A DNA stretch of 64,000 nt, from contig NC_043008.1 of the NCBI RefSeq assembly GCF_006345805.1, positions 3,596,001 to 3,660,000 on the forward strand, in the 5' to 3' direction. This stretch comes from Octopus sinensis. Its lineage: Eukaryota. Position 1 is the stretch's first letter. Every line of letters begins with the position of its first letter. The notes under the pieces are model-generated. The model saw only the letters and a list, made by a program, of their open reading frames with translations. It was not told where the DNA came from and did not search any database. Below are positions 41,519 through 56,189 of this stretch, piece after piece. The translations under genes were made by a program, and so were the position numbers.

Positions 41519-41883
41519 GTGAGCCATATGATTTTTATATTTATATATGTATATATGTTTGTTTATTTAACCGCCCTACCGATAACAACAAGAAGAAAAA
41601 ATGGTAGAAAAGGAACGATTATAAACCTTAAACAGCTCACCATACCAAACGATAGTAAACGAAACGATCGTGAATGGAATGAGGCAGCCCTTTCGTTTGT
41701 CATTCACCGAAAACTCAATGTTCGTCAGCCGACCCCTGTTTGTCGTCTGCCCCGCCATTCTCTGTGCCTCACTTCATTTGTCTCTTGTAGCTTTATTTAT
41801 CTCTGTCTCTTCCACGCTCCAACAATCCCACCATCGTCGATGCAAACTTGAATTGCCCAACCAAAAAAGAAACACACTCATAC

Positions 41884-42160
41884 AAACACAAGTAACCATA
41901 TACCCCCATATATACACCACCAACCAACACACATGAACCCACCCGTACAAACATACGCACCCGCGTACAAAACATTGACGTACACAAACACACTCGTATA
42001 TATATATACATATACACACACACATATACATGCAATGCAAGTACACAAGCATGTACGCATACATACCCATACACAGGGGCACACACTTATGCACCGATAC
42101 ACACATTGATATACGTACACACATACATACGTATATGCATAATGGTGCCCCAGCATGGCC
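41884..42160 (-). repeat. Copy 2 (inverted) of the cryptic ~300-bp repeat
   Basis: Reverse complement begins GGCCATGCTGGGGCACCATTATGCATATACGTATGTATGTG, like 35590. Confidence 0.85.
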
Positions 42161-42252
42161 ACACAACCATCACAAATCGTCTGAATGTGCAAAACATTTA
42201 ACGTGTATGCATGTATGTTTATAAGTACGTACGCATGTTTTATATGAGTATG

Positions 42253-42298
<46 letters not shown>

Positions 42299-42516
42299 AT
42301 ATATAGATAGATGTATTTATGTATGTATGTATATACAATATATATATTACATTATATATACATACATGTACACACATATATGTATATGCATGTACCTATG
42401 TATATATATATACATATACAGAGAGACAGCTTAAAATCATGCGTATGTGTATATATACATGCATACATGTGTGTGTGTATGTGTATACATATATATATAT
42501 ACATATATATATATAC

Positions 42517-42550
<34 letters not shown>

Positions 42551-42661
42551 ACATATATATATATACACATATATATATACATATATATATATATGTGTGT
42601 GTGTATACATATATATATATATACACATATATATATATACATACATATATATATACACACA

Positions 42662-42693
<32 letters not shown>

Positions 42694-43275
42694 ATGCATA
42701 CATAGCCACATGCAAACAAAAGTACATATACACACACATAACCCTTCACGCATACATGTTCCTACATGACCACCCACATCCATCATCCCTTCTTAAACTC
42801 ATCCACCACAAAACAACTCCTACGAAGAAGCAGACGACATTTTAACCCCTTCTCTCGGGCCCAGCCACCCTTCCCACATTAATATCGACTCTTTAAACAC
42901 TTTGCTCTCTTTATACAAATGATACTTTATACATATATATACATATATATATACATATACATATATATAGCCACTGTTTCATTCGGTGTGTTTCGTTTTT
43001 GATTATTTATCCATTTGACGATGTTATTTATTCATTCAAAGTTATTCATCTGGACAATATTTTGTACTTCTGCAAACCAGAGCTAGAGTGGAGAGTGTAT
43101 ATAAGTGTGTGACGTGTGTGACGCGTGTGTGTATAGGTATAAACTTATCTGTGTGTGTAATGAATGTATGCATGTATATATATATATGTTTACAAATATG
43201 TTTGTATATACTTGTATACATATGAATATTTATCTATATACACACCACTATATGTAAATGATGTAAATAATGTAA

Positions 43276-43310
<35 letters not shown>

Positions 43311-43421
43311 TGTATGTATGTATGTATGTATGTATGTATGTATGTATGTATATGTATACGCAAAATATATTTATAGATGTGTGTGCATACATATATGTAA
43401 ATATATATTCATATGAATATA

Positions 43422-43472
<51 letters not shown>

Positions 43473-43877
43473 TATACATATGAATATATATGTGTGTATA
43501 TGTGTGTGTATATATATATACACGCATGTTCACATGTACACAAATTCATTCAAAATAATGTGATATGGGTATGTAAATATGTGAACAAGAAAAAGTATGT
43601 ATGTGAGTGTATATATATGTTTGTGAGTGTGAATGAGTATGTTTAGGCGGGTATGTTTACACTCACTTTGGATTCATATTACAATGTGACTGTTCGTAGG
43701 TGGGTGGGTGTATTCACGGATCCATATCAACATATATACGTATAAATATATAATATGTATATACATACATGCATATATACATAGATACACGCGTACTTAT
43801 ACACAAAGTTTCATCGAAAAGCATATTACATATCTATATATGTATGAGTGTATGGAATAACATACGCCTCAAGTGTA

Positions 43878-43911
<34 letters not shown>

Positions 43912-44460
43912 TGTGTATTGTATGTATACATGAATAAGTACATACATGCATACGTATATAGGTATATAGAAATATTCTTACATAGAAGGAAATCTGTCTT
44001 TGTTTCAAATCTGTCATTCTGGATCGATGCGTTAAAAACTTTCTTTCAACACATTAACTATTAACAGATGTACGTAGTCATGCAAATGTGTACCAATGTC
44101 TGTATGTATATGTATGACTGTATGTATATGTGTGTATGTATAAATGTTTGTGTGTGTGTGTATCTATGGATGTGTGCATGTATGTATTGTATGTACATAT
44201 GTATTTTGATATGTTAGTACTTATTTGACTAACTTTTCATGTCTGTTTTTCTCCTTCCGCTTCTCACTGCATATATATACACATACATATATATATATAT
44301 ATGTGTCTGCGTATACATGTATGTACGTATGCATACATACAGGCATAAAAACACACACAGCACACGTATATGTACAAATTGATATATATGTATATATAAA
44401 TATGTATATATATATATATAAATACATATATATATATATATATATATAAATACATATATA

Positions 44461-44508
<48 letters not shown>

Positions 44509-44679
44509 GGATATGTATGTATATATATATATAAACAACACACAAGCAGTGATACATATACATACTCAGATTACGTGTGGTGTCTGTGTCTTGCAGCTTA
44601 TCTGTATCTTGTTTTTTCACGCATATACATGTATGTATATATATGTAATATATATATATATATGTAGGTATATATATGT

Positions 44680-44713
<34 letters not shown>

Positions 44714-44938
44714 AATATTATATATATATTAGAATATACATTCTCAACCAAATTGTCCGACTAGCGGGAATGTGAAACTCTGAGTAACAGTTTTTGTGAT
44801 GCCTTTGCAGCTTTATTAATATATATATATATACATATACATATACCACTATATTAGTAGATTTGTGTGATTTCCATGCCAACAGGACTTTCTAGGGTTT
44901 CCTCTTTAAATGATATTTTATTGCTATGTTTGATATTG

Positions 44939-44983
<45 letters not shown>

Positions 44984-45341
44984 GCATATATATATATCGC
45001 TACATCCGCCATTCATCCATCCATCCATCCATCCATCCATCCATCCATCAATCTATGCATCCATCGTTCAATCAACCTCCTCTATCCAATTATCCATTCA
45101 TCAATCCATCAATCCAACCGTCAATTCATACATCCTTCAGTGAAACCAATAATTCAACCATCCATACAGTGATCCAGCCATCCCCCCCTCTTCATCCTGC
45201 CTGCCATTCCTCTCTCTCTCTATTTTCTCTCTATCTCTCTTCCCCTCTCTCTCTCTCCCTTTATATATTTCTTTTTTCCTTTCTGTCTTTGTAACTTTCT
45301 CTTTTTTAGTTCTTTCTTTTCCACCCTCTTCTATCTGTCCC

Positions 45342-45404
<63 letters not shown>

Positions 45405-45469
45405 CTATCTCTCTGTCTCACTCATTCTCTCCCTCCATCTCTACATGCACACCAACTCGCTTGCGAATG

Positions 45470-45500
<31 letters not shown>

Positions 45501-46062
45501 AAACACACACACACACTTATACATGTATACACAAGTTTTAAGATCCGTTACAGGTGTTATGTAAAAACACTAAGCTCTCTTCTGCTTCATTCCTGCGACG
45601 GGGGAATCCATTCGGGGCAGGGGTGCACGCCTTTTCGAATGTTCGTGGGCGCTGCCGCCATCAGCTCGGGCGACGGATGCAAAGCAGCGCAAACGCAACC
45701 AACGCATTCGGCTCTGTGTTCGGCGGCATATACGTGTGTGTGTCTGTGTGAGAGAGAGAGAATTCCTATGCATATGTATATTAATATATATATATATACA
45801 CATACATACTTTCTTATATACACAAATATATATGCACGTGTGTGTGTGTGTGTGTTTACATGCATCTGAATGTTTGTGCGTGTATGTTCGTATGCATGTA
45901 TTGTCGCTCTCTTTTGTTGCTACTCGGAGTTCTTCATTCAAATCCACATCTAACTGCAGGAAAGTGATATCTTCTCATCAACACTTTGTATATACGCCGT
46001 GGAAAGAGTACTCTGGCTTCGTATGTGTCATTGTATATCTATATCTCTATGTATATCTATCC

Positions 46063-46168
<106 letters not shown>

Positions 46169-46221
46169 GTATATATATATTCTATATTATATATATATAT
46201 ATATTTAATATATATAATATG

Positions 46222-46271
<50 letters not shown>

Positions 46272-46531
46272 GTATATATATATTCTATATTATATTATAT
46301 ATATATATTATAATATATATAATATGTATTATATATATATATAATATATATATATACACAACATACACAAGTATATAGGTTGTATATTTTTGTGATTGTC
46401 TATAAATCTATCTATTTATCTATCTGTCCGTCTCTCTCTTCGCCCTCTCTCTGTCTCTCTCTCTCTATATATAATGTGGTGAGTGTTGTGCGTGTGTGTG
46501 TGTATGTGTATATACATATATACATATATAC

Positions 46532-46564
<33 letters not shown>

Positions 46565-46583
46565 ATATATAGATATATATATA

Positions 46584-46652
<69 letters not shown>

Positions 46653-47399
46653 ATACAATATATATATGTATGTAATATGTTATACTAACGCATACATCGT
46701 CACGGTACGGCGCGACACGGAAAGACACAGTTTTACTATCTCTCCATCTCGACAGCTTAACTATCCAGCTAGATAGATATCTTCATCTCTCACACATTCC
46801 CATCCATTTTTGTAACAAACACCTATTTTACTATACACTGACAGAAAGCTTTGTGCTTTTCTGTGTTATTGCTGTGGTAGAACTGGTAGATATATTTTTG
46901 CGGGTATTTTTTTTCTTTTTTTTCTTTTTTCAAGCCTCTTTACCTCCGCTTGGGTTCTCTTCATCTTGTTTTTCTCATCCCATGCTGCGAGTTGAAAACT
47001 TGACGCGGTCAAATTTCGTCTTACCTCATTTGGGGACGGTGACAACAGAAAATGCAGCAGTGATGGACGGGAGATCGATTTGCCATTCTTTCTTCCAACA
47101 AACTCTGTAATCCTGTGCCTATGCTAGGAGTCATCATAGTTTTTGTTGAGTTAGACACAAACATACATGTTCATGCACGCATACACGACAGCGTACGCGC
47201 ACTCGTACCTTCTCTCTCTCTCGCTACATCCATATACATACATACACCCATATATACACACACACATACATACATACACGCATATATACACACATATATA
47301 TATATATGCACACACATCCATCCATACATAGATACATACATGTCCATGTACACATACATATATACATATATATATACATACAAATATATATATATACAT

Positions 47400-47434
<35 letters not shown>

Positions 47435-47842
47435 CATACATACATATATATATATATATAAATATATACTTCAATATGTGCTACTTATAATGAGGTGACT
47501 TCTATGTGCTCTTTTCCGATCGGTTAGAAATAGAAGCCAAATCTTCCTCATGTCTCAGTACACTCTTTAAAAGATACTGGATAAATAACTTGCTCGAAAA
47601 TAAAATAAATAAATAAATGAAGAAATAAATAAAGAAATAAATAATAAAAAAGGAAACGGTTTGAAATTCTGGCAATTGGCTGCACGTTTAGGGTCAACAT
47701 GGGTTTAAAATACAAATATCCACCCCACCCTCTATCACCCAGTGTTACACTTAGGTTAATCCTAAAACAGGGATTGTTTAGGGGATTCATCTGTTTTATT
47801 GTAATTACTTCTGCTTGTCTTAATTTTAGTGTTGTTAGGGCA

Positions 47843-48060
47843 GGCGAACGAGCTGGCAAGGTGGTTAGCACGCCGGGCGAAATACTTAGCGGCATTTCGC
47901 TTGGCTTCACCGTTCTGAGTTCAAATTCCACCAAGGTCTACTTTGCCTTTCACCCTTTCGATGTCGATAAAATAAGTATCAGTTGAGCACTGGGATCGAT
48001 GTAATCGACTTAACCCCTCAAGCGAAATTGCTGGCCTTGTGTCAAATTTGAAATTTGAAA
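47843..48060 (+). mobile_element. tRNA-derived SINE, family A (first of a head-to-tail pair)
   Basis: Full head, core and TGTGTCAAATTTGAAA tail. Confidence 0.9.
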
Positions 48061-48076
48061 GCAGTTGTTAATAAGA

Positions 48077-48280
48077 CAGCGAACTGGCAGAATCGTTAGC
48101 ACGCCGGACTAAATGTTTGACAGCATTTCGTCCGTCTTTATGTTCCGGGTTCAAATTTTGCCGAGGTCAATCTTGCCTTTCATCCTGTCGAGGTCAATAA
48201 AGTAAGTAGCAGTCAAGCACTAGGGTCGATGTAATCGACAAGACGCCCCACCTAAAATATCAGACCTTGTGCTTTAATAG
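48077..48280 (+). mobile_element. tRNA-derived SINE, family A (second of the pair)
   Basis: GCGAACTGGCAGAATCGTTAGCACGCCGG head and core. Confidence 0.9.
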
Positions 48281-48869
48281 GATTATCCTGCCGACGGATT
48301 CGAGTTGCATCCATCCATGGCGACCTCGCTAAAAACTATAAAGTGCAAGTGAACATGCTGAATAATAACATTGACTATATCCCTCCCCTCATGACATATG
48401 CCCTTGGGGCAAATTTACAAATGATAGTTATAATTTTTGTTATTTATGAGTTGGCCCAAATGGAATAACGTTGGAAAAATTATGTCTTGCTCTATACAGA
48501 TACTTTGCTCTGAGTTCAAACCCTACCTAATCCAGTTAACATTATATCTCTTCGAGATCGATCGAAATCGATCAAAATCGAGTACCAGTTACGTCCTTAG
48601 AATAATGGCATCGCCTAATCATTCTCCTAAAATTCAGCTCTATGCCAGAAACAATGATTATTGTTGTTGTTCATGATGCTGTTGTCATTTAGGTTTTGAG
48701 TTCGATTAATGTCGATATCAGTTTGTTTGTTTCTTTCTTTTCGTCTTTCCGGGGTCAATAAAATATATATCAGTGAAGGACTACTGGGGGTCGATGATAT
48801 TGACTTATGCCCCCACCACCCGCCGACATTTGCTATTGTTCGTGTTATTGTTAATCTCGTAATTGTTGC

Positions 48870-49045
48870 CACAACCGCAACCGCCGCCACCACCACCACC
48901 GCCATCACCGCCATCACCACCATCACCACCAACACCACCACAACCGCAACCGCCGCCACCACCACCACCGCCACCACCGCCATCACCACCATCACCACCA
49001 CCACCACCACCACCACCGCCACCGCCACCACCGCCACCACCCGCC
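48870..49045. repeat. (ACC/GCC/ATC)n trinucleotide repeat with internal duplication
   Basis: ACAACCGCAACCGCCGCCACCACC occurs twice. Confidence 0.9.
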
Positions 49046-49476
49046 TTTACAAATCCAAAGAGATCCGTCATGGCAGTCATCAGGCATCATCAATTGAATA
49101 ATTGTTGATGTCGTTGTTGTTGTTGTTGTTGTTCTCGTTATTGTTGTCATTGCTGTTGTGTCATCGTCATCGTCGTCGTTGCTGCTGCTACTGCTGCTGC
49201 TGCTGCTGCCGTTGTTATCGATGACAATGAAGCTAAACCATTTGTTGATGTAAATGAGATTTCCTTTCTTTCTCTTTTAATTTCACGCCAAAACACGCAC
49301 AGCACTCAACTCCAACACACACACTAATCGAACTATCGTACAATGTGTACACACACACACACATAACACATGTACAACACACACATGTATAAACACGCAT
49401 ACATACGCACAAACAAAACCTCCTACATTAAAATATTCCTTCTACAATTGTCAAAATGAATATTGAAAGTATTAGA

Positions 49477-49537
<61 letters not shown>

Positions 49538-49566
49538 TGTGTGGCATGCGTGCGTGAATATATATA

Positions 49567-49607
<41 letters not shown>

Positions 49608-49794
49608 CACAGTCTCTATATCCGTTGGTCTATATAATTCTTAATCTATCGATTTATGTGTTTATATAGCGCGCCCGCGTATGTGCGTGTGTGTGTCTTT
49701 GTATTTTGAAGTATCGATCAAGTGAAGCATGCACATCTATATATTTGTATGTTTATACGCATGTTTTCTTTTTTACACTTTTAGCAAGTGTTCA

Positions 49795-49832
<38 letters not shown>

Positions 49833-50575
49833 CACACACTCATATATATATATATACATCTCTGTGTGTATAATATAGACGTGTGTGTTCGTGCGTAGAT
49901 TGGTTGTATGGACGTCAGACTTCAATTGAAGTGAATCCAGGGGTGTGTATGTATGTATGTACATGTGTGTGTGTGTGTTGTGTGTGTGTGTAAGAATGAT
50001 GGAGGAAAAGGCAGATGAAAAGAAGATTGTATAAGGTCGGATGTCGGAGATAATATACACGCGATATAACAAAATATTCGATTTTGTTTTAAATCCTACA
50101 CATTTATACATATTTCCACAATCTAAAATGTAGACAGAAATTAATACCCCGTTACCCGCTTCACCCACCAAACCTACACTACACTTACGATCACCAAAAT
50201 TGATAAATTATCATTATCAACTGCTGATTCTCCTAACACTTCACGGTTAGAATTTGTCAGCTCTGCGAAAGGACTTTTTTTTCTGTTTTTTTATGATTTG
50301 TTTAGTTTAGTTTCGTGTTTGTGTATTCTTTCTGTGGTTCCTTTATTTACATATTTATTGTGACGTTATCAGAAGAGAAACATCGAAGGTGAACATGGAC
50401 ATATATATACGTAACATGCGTTGAAGTTTAAATAAATATGGTAAAGAGGTATATATATATATGAATGTCTCGTGGTTTTCGGTAGTTCCAAGCCTGTATA
50501 CATGTATACATATATACATATATATACAATAGTACAGGTGTAGGCGTTGGAGGCTGATACAATGAAATATTAGTC

Positions 50576-50802
50576 AAGTACTGTCTTCGATGCAGTGAAC
50601 TTCGTCTCTCATTCTTCAGGGCTAAGATCGATAACATAGAGCACCCGTCAAGTACTGGTTTCGATATAGTCAACTTTGCTTCTCATCCTTTAGGCGTGTA
50701 GAATCGATAAAATAAAGTATCAATCAAGTATTATCTTCGATATAGCTAAACTTTGCCTTTCATTCTTCCGCGAGGAGAGTCGATAAAATAAAAGTACCGG
50801 TT
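50576..50802 (+). repeat. SINE-A-derived minisatellite, 3 units of ~74-76 bp
   Basis: Units start AAGTA at 50576, 50650 and 50726; each contains TCGAT..AACTT(T)G(C)..TCAT(C/T)CTT..TCGATAA. Confidence 0.75.
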
Positions 50803-50875
50803 AAGAGCTAGTGGAGGAGGGTCGATACGTCGAAACAGACGGGAGAGTCCATCATATATATAATATATATATATA

Positions 50876-51109
50876 GGCGTAGGAGTGGCTGCGTGGTAAG
50901 CAGCTTGCTTACCAACCACATGGTTCCGGGTTCAGTCCCACTGCGTGGCACCTTGGGCAAGTGTTTTCTGCTATAGCCTCGGGCCGACCAAAGCCTTGTG
51001 AGTGGATTTGGTAGATGGAAACTGAAAGAACCTCGTCGTATATATTGATTGATTGATTGATTCTAGTTTCAGCTCATGAGCTGTGGCCATGCTGGGGCAC
51101 CGCCATTTA

Positions 51110-51140
<31 letters not shown>

Positions 51141-51320
51141 GCGTGTATATGTTTGTGTGTCTGTACTTGTGTCCCCGTAACTTAGCGGTTCGGCAAAAGA
51201 AATCGATAGAATAAGTACTAGGCTTACAAAGAATAAGTCCTGTGGTTGATTTGCTCGACTAAAGGCGATGCTCCTGCATGGCCACAGTCACATGACTGAA
51301 ACAAGTAAAAGATTAAAAAA
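50876..51320 (+). mobile_element. Full-length tRNA-derived SINE, family B, with an inverted family-B 3' fragment inserted
   Basis: GGCGTAGGAGTGGCTGCGTGGTAAG A-box head, GGGTTCAGTCCC B-box, complete tail; insert at ~51045-51104. Confidence 0.9.
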
Positions 51321-52189
51321 GTAAAAAAGTATATATATATATATATATATAACGACACCCTGCTCTTCTCTTCCCCACGCACCTTTACATATTATACGCG
51401 TGGTGGCCTTGTGCCTGCGTTGCAAATCGATACGACGGTACCTGATGTATGTCCACATTCTGTTTCCTTCATGCAGAAACATTCTACGCAATGTAAAACT
51501 CTGCTGCGATCGCGTTACGCTGTCGCAACAGCGGGTAGCGGATGTGTTCTTATGCTCTTTAGATACTTTTACCTGTAGATGTTGTTTGACACGTTATCAG
51601 GTTTCAAACAGAGTAATCTCTCTCTCTCCCCGACCCCATCTCTCACTCCCTCGCTCTCACACCTTTTCCTCACTCTTACTCTCTCTCTCTCTCTCTCGCT
51701 TTCTCTCTCTCTCGCTGTCTCTCTCTCTCTCTCTCTTACTCTCTCGCTCTTACCTTCCTTCGTTCTCTCTCTTTCCTTCTCTCTCTTTCCGTGTGTACAC
51801 TGAAAGTTACGTCTTAATGTTTTGATAATTCGATTTAACTTTAATGTAAATTTGTATATTTTATTTAATTATTTTATACTTGAAACAAGATAAATATGTT
51901 CAAAATGTGAACCCTCACCTGCTTCATCAGATTTCGAATTGTGTATATACATACATATATACGCACGCACATATATACACACGCGTATGTACATACATAG
52001 ACACACTTACACATGTAATATATATATAGACACACACGCACACATTAATATCTAGCATATATTTACGTTTTGAGTTCAAATTCCTAGGGGTCTGACTTTG
52101 CCTTTTAACCTTTCGGGGTCGAGAAAATCAGTTGAGTATTAGGGTCTTTGTAATCGACTTACCACCGCCCTCCCCTCCGAAAGTTGCTG

Positions 52190-52244
<55 letters not shown>

Positions 52245-53264
52245 CATATATATATAGAGAGAGAGGGGGAAGGGGGAGAGAGAGAGAGAGAGATAGATAC
52301 GTACATACATACATACATACATACATACATACATACATACATACATACATACATAGAAAGATAGATTGATAGCTAGATAGATAGCCATAGATATATAGAT
52401 ATAGACAGATGTTTATATACGTGTGTGTGTGTATGGATATATATACATACACACAGACATATATATGTATATACACATATATCCATAAACTTACATATGC
52501 TCACATATATACATACGTGTATACATTCGCATAGTTGTCCATTCAAGCTCATTGCATTCGTATATCCGTTGTATATTAGTGTTAATGCAAAAAGTAGATG
52601 CTAAAAGTAATTAAAGCAGCTGATATGATTTTGTTGTATTTCATACCAAGTTCAATTCCTACCGTCTGAGGTTTGTTTTTTACTCTTTCTAAGGTCAATA
52701 AAATAAAGTACTATCTAAGGTTTAGGGTTAATGTAAATTGACTGCAGTTGTTCCTTTAAAAATATTTTGTAGGTATTCATATTTCGAAGATTGGTAAGAG
52801 CACGTTCGGTAGAGAGAGGTTGACGGAATATTTTGTGGGTGGTTCTTTACATGTTCTAAGTTCACATCACAACAGATTCAATTGCTTTTTATCCTTTGTC
52901 ATTCATCTACCGGATGAATTTAGGGAAGATAACATAAGCAATCATTCTAAGATCTGGAGTCCACTTCCATTACCAATCAGTCAAGCACTGACGTCGATTT
53001 AGCGGCCAGCATCCTCTCCACCACTTCCCATCCCAAATACGTTGCCTGACCTTCTGTCTATCACGGCAGAATAGTTAAGGCGTTGGAAACATTGCCATGA
53101 GGTATTTTTTTGTTACACCTCTTTATACTTTGATTTCAATTCCCACCTGTGTCAATTAACTTTGATATGTTCATCCTTGTGAAGTTGATTAAATAAGTAC
53201 CAGTCTCTCTCTCTCTCTCTCTTTCCCTCTCTCTTTGTCTCTCTTCTCTCTCTCTCTATCTATA

Positions 53265-53336
<72 letters not shown>

Positions 53337-53821
53337 TATATACATATATATATTCGATAGATAAATAGCTAAATCATATCCAGTCTATCGTTTCCTCTCA
53401 CTAAAATATGGGCTTGTATCTGTCAGAAGTCATTATGTTCAACATCACTATTATAACTAGAGGAGCCTAACAGGAAATATATTGTTAAACCTTTACAGTA
53501 GATACGCCAAGATGTTATTCATAAACGAGGTGTGGTTTCCATTCTTTAAGAAATTAATAAATAAAATTTGATGGTTACTCGAACTTATAAATTATTCATG
53601 AAATCTTTATAACAACATCGACCGACTAACATATATTACATACACAGACAAAGCAACACTAATGGTTACATTAGAAAAAAACATACGCAGAATGACTCTG
53701 CAAACACACATATGCACATTTACAAACAGACATTAAATACGCTGTTACCTGAGGACTACCTTTTTTCAAAATGCATGGATGGTTCCATTCAAGTGTGTAT
53801 TATGCACACACAAATGCACAT

Positions 53822-53853
<32 letters not shown>

Positions 53854-53884
53854 ACACACACACACGCGCACACACACACACACA

Positions 53885-53929
<45 letters not shown>

Positions 53930-54360
53930 ACAAAAGACTCAATACAAGATACAGAGGCATATCTTCTTTTTAAAAGAGCTTAACAACTACTTCGAAGTTT
54001 CGCCTAAGGTAGGCTTTTCAATCAGAAATCAATTTGAAAAGCCGGATCGCGAATTTTCAAAGTAGCTATCAAGTATTATATAATAAATATGTATGTATTA
54101 TGAGTGTATGGGTGAGCGAGACATTAGTTGTTGGTGATATATAACCTCCTTCACACTCGATCGAATACATGCATGCATACAGACATGCACAAACACACAC
54201 ACACACACATAAAAAACACACTCACACATATACATACAAAACAAATGCAGACATATATACACACACATATAAAAAACATACACATAATGTTTGTATGTAT
54301 ATATACATATGCATATAGATATGTATATATATTTATATATGTATTCATACAAAGGCTTAC

Positions 54361-54413
<53 letters not shown>

Positions 54414-55001
54414 CATATGTATATATATATACGTATGTGTGTATGCTCGAGCGTGAGTGAACATGTATGCGTGTACACGTGTTTGTTTACTTTTCACAGA
54501 TCGATGTAATCGGTGTCGCCAAATTCTTGTATCAAAGACATGTAAAGTATGTTATTCTTTATGTGCTCAAGAAAGTAAAGGTTGGTATCAGAAAGAAAGA
54601 AAGACAAAATGGAGGAAAACGAAAGAAATATATGTAGAAGGTTGGAAAGGAACACACGAGTTGATACATATGGAAAAAGAGTCAAGGTAGAAAATGCTAA
54701 AATAATTTTATAGAAAACATTTCTGCACCGGTTTCAGTCATTGGGACTTTTTCAACTGTAAGCATGGAAATCAATTAAATTTAATTAAAATTAAAAGAAA
54801 AGACTTTTAAAAAATATTTACATAGTAAGGGGCTATTCCTTGTTTCTGCTTGACCCTGTCTCTCTTGTTTACTCTTGTGGGTGGGTACTGAAATGTTTTT
54901 TATAAAATTATTTTAACATTTTCTACTTTAACTTTTTTTCCATATATATATGGCTGATTATTAGTAAGGAAAGACACACAAATAAGAAAGAATAAAGCAA
55001 A

Positions 55002-55046
55002 GGATCACTGATGAGGTCACAGAAGTGTGACGAAAGAACTCTGTCC
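55002..55046 (+). ncRNA. Minimal type I hammerhead ribozyme candidate
   Basis: GGAUCA-CUGAUGA-G-GUCACA-GAAG-UGUGAC-GAAA-GAACUC-UGUCC: intact core, 6-bp stem II, stem I GGA(U)CA/UGUCC, predicted CUC cleavage after 55041. Confidence 0.6.
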
Positions 55047-56189
55047 GAAATACGATTAATATAAAATAAAGCTGATGCAAATCAACACCAAATATATAGT
55101 ACGTGTGTTTTTATTGGCTAAACTGGCAACATGACCATCCCCAAATACAACAATATATATGTATATATGGATATGTATATATATATGCATATTTGTTCAT
55201 ATAGTCCATGTGTGTATGTGTGTGTGCATGTGTGTGAAACTAATACATTAGATATAATTTACGATAAAAATTTGCAATTTTATTTTTATTAATATGGCAG
55301 CGACTTCAAAGCAAAACCTTTTCTCAGAGTTCATCCCCAGCTGTCACTCACTGCCAGTCCCTTTGTTGTTTTACTTTCCTTCTATTAGCGAGACCGACGG
55401 GACACACATAGGGTTTTATTATATGATAGTCAAATTCTCAATAATTACTTTATAAATGTGAATTTATAATAAAATAAGAGAAGGACAGAGACGTAGCACG
55501 TTTCAAAGCAGTTGTCCGTACATATCCATCTGCTAACTGCTCGTGAAAGGAAAGATTCACTTCTACAGGACAATTGAACTCAATGACTGGAACCGTTAAT
55601 TTTTTTTTCTGTCCAAAAAAACTATATATTTTGCCCTTGGCCAAGTTTTCATGGGAATATTCCACCGATAATTTTTGTGCTGATTGTATATTTGTATTCA
55701 ATAACAGATTCGTTTTATGCATTCATCCCGGAGCAGTTATTCCATCGACTGACTTTGTGTCTTGTTTTAGCAATTACATCATGGCGTAATGGGAAGTAAT
55801 GTCTTGATGACAGTTTCGGGCAGCTGTTAATTACAAGGTGTAATAGCTTCAATAGTAATCTGATATAATCGATATTTTTGTTTTACATGTTGTGGGTTTT
55901 GAGGGTTTCATTGTCTCTTGCGTTTATTAGTTATTTCATACATACCTGCTGCTCTTAGAACGAAAAATCAGAAAGTTCTAAATGTGATATGATGCAACGG
56001 TCACGTGTCCAATATTTATGTTAATAGTACCGTTACGGACAAGGGAACATGCTTAGCTACTATTCGGAGTGCTCGTCTTGCAAGTCTATGCATGTATGTG
56101 TGTATGTGTGTATGTGTGTGTGTGTATGTATGCATGTATTATATATGTATGTATGTATATACTTGTGTGTTTGTGCATGTATGTATCTT

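Noticed and set aside
50576-50802. CRISPR-like repeat array
   Set aside because: Eukaryotic DNA, units are contiguous without unique spacers and derive from a SINE core; no cas genes.
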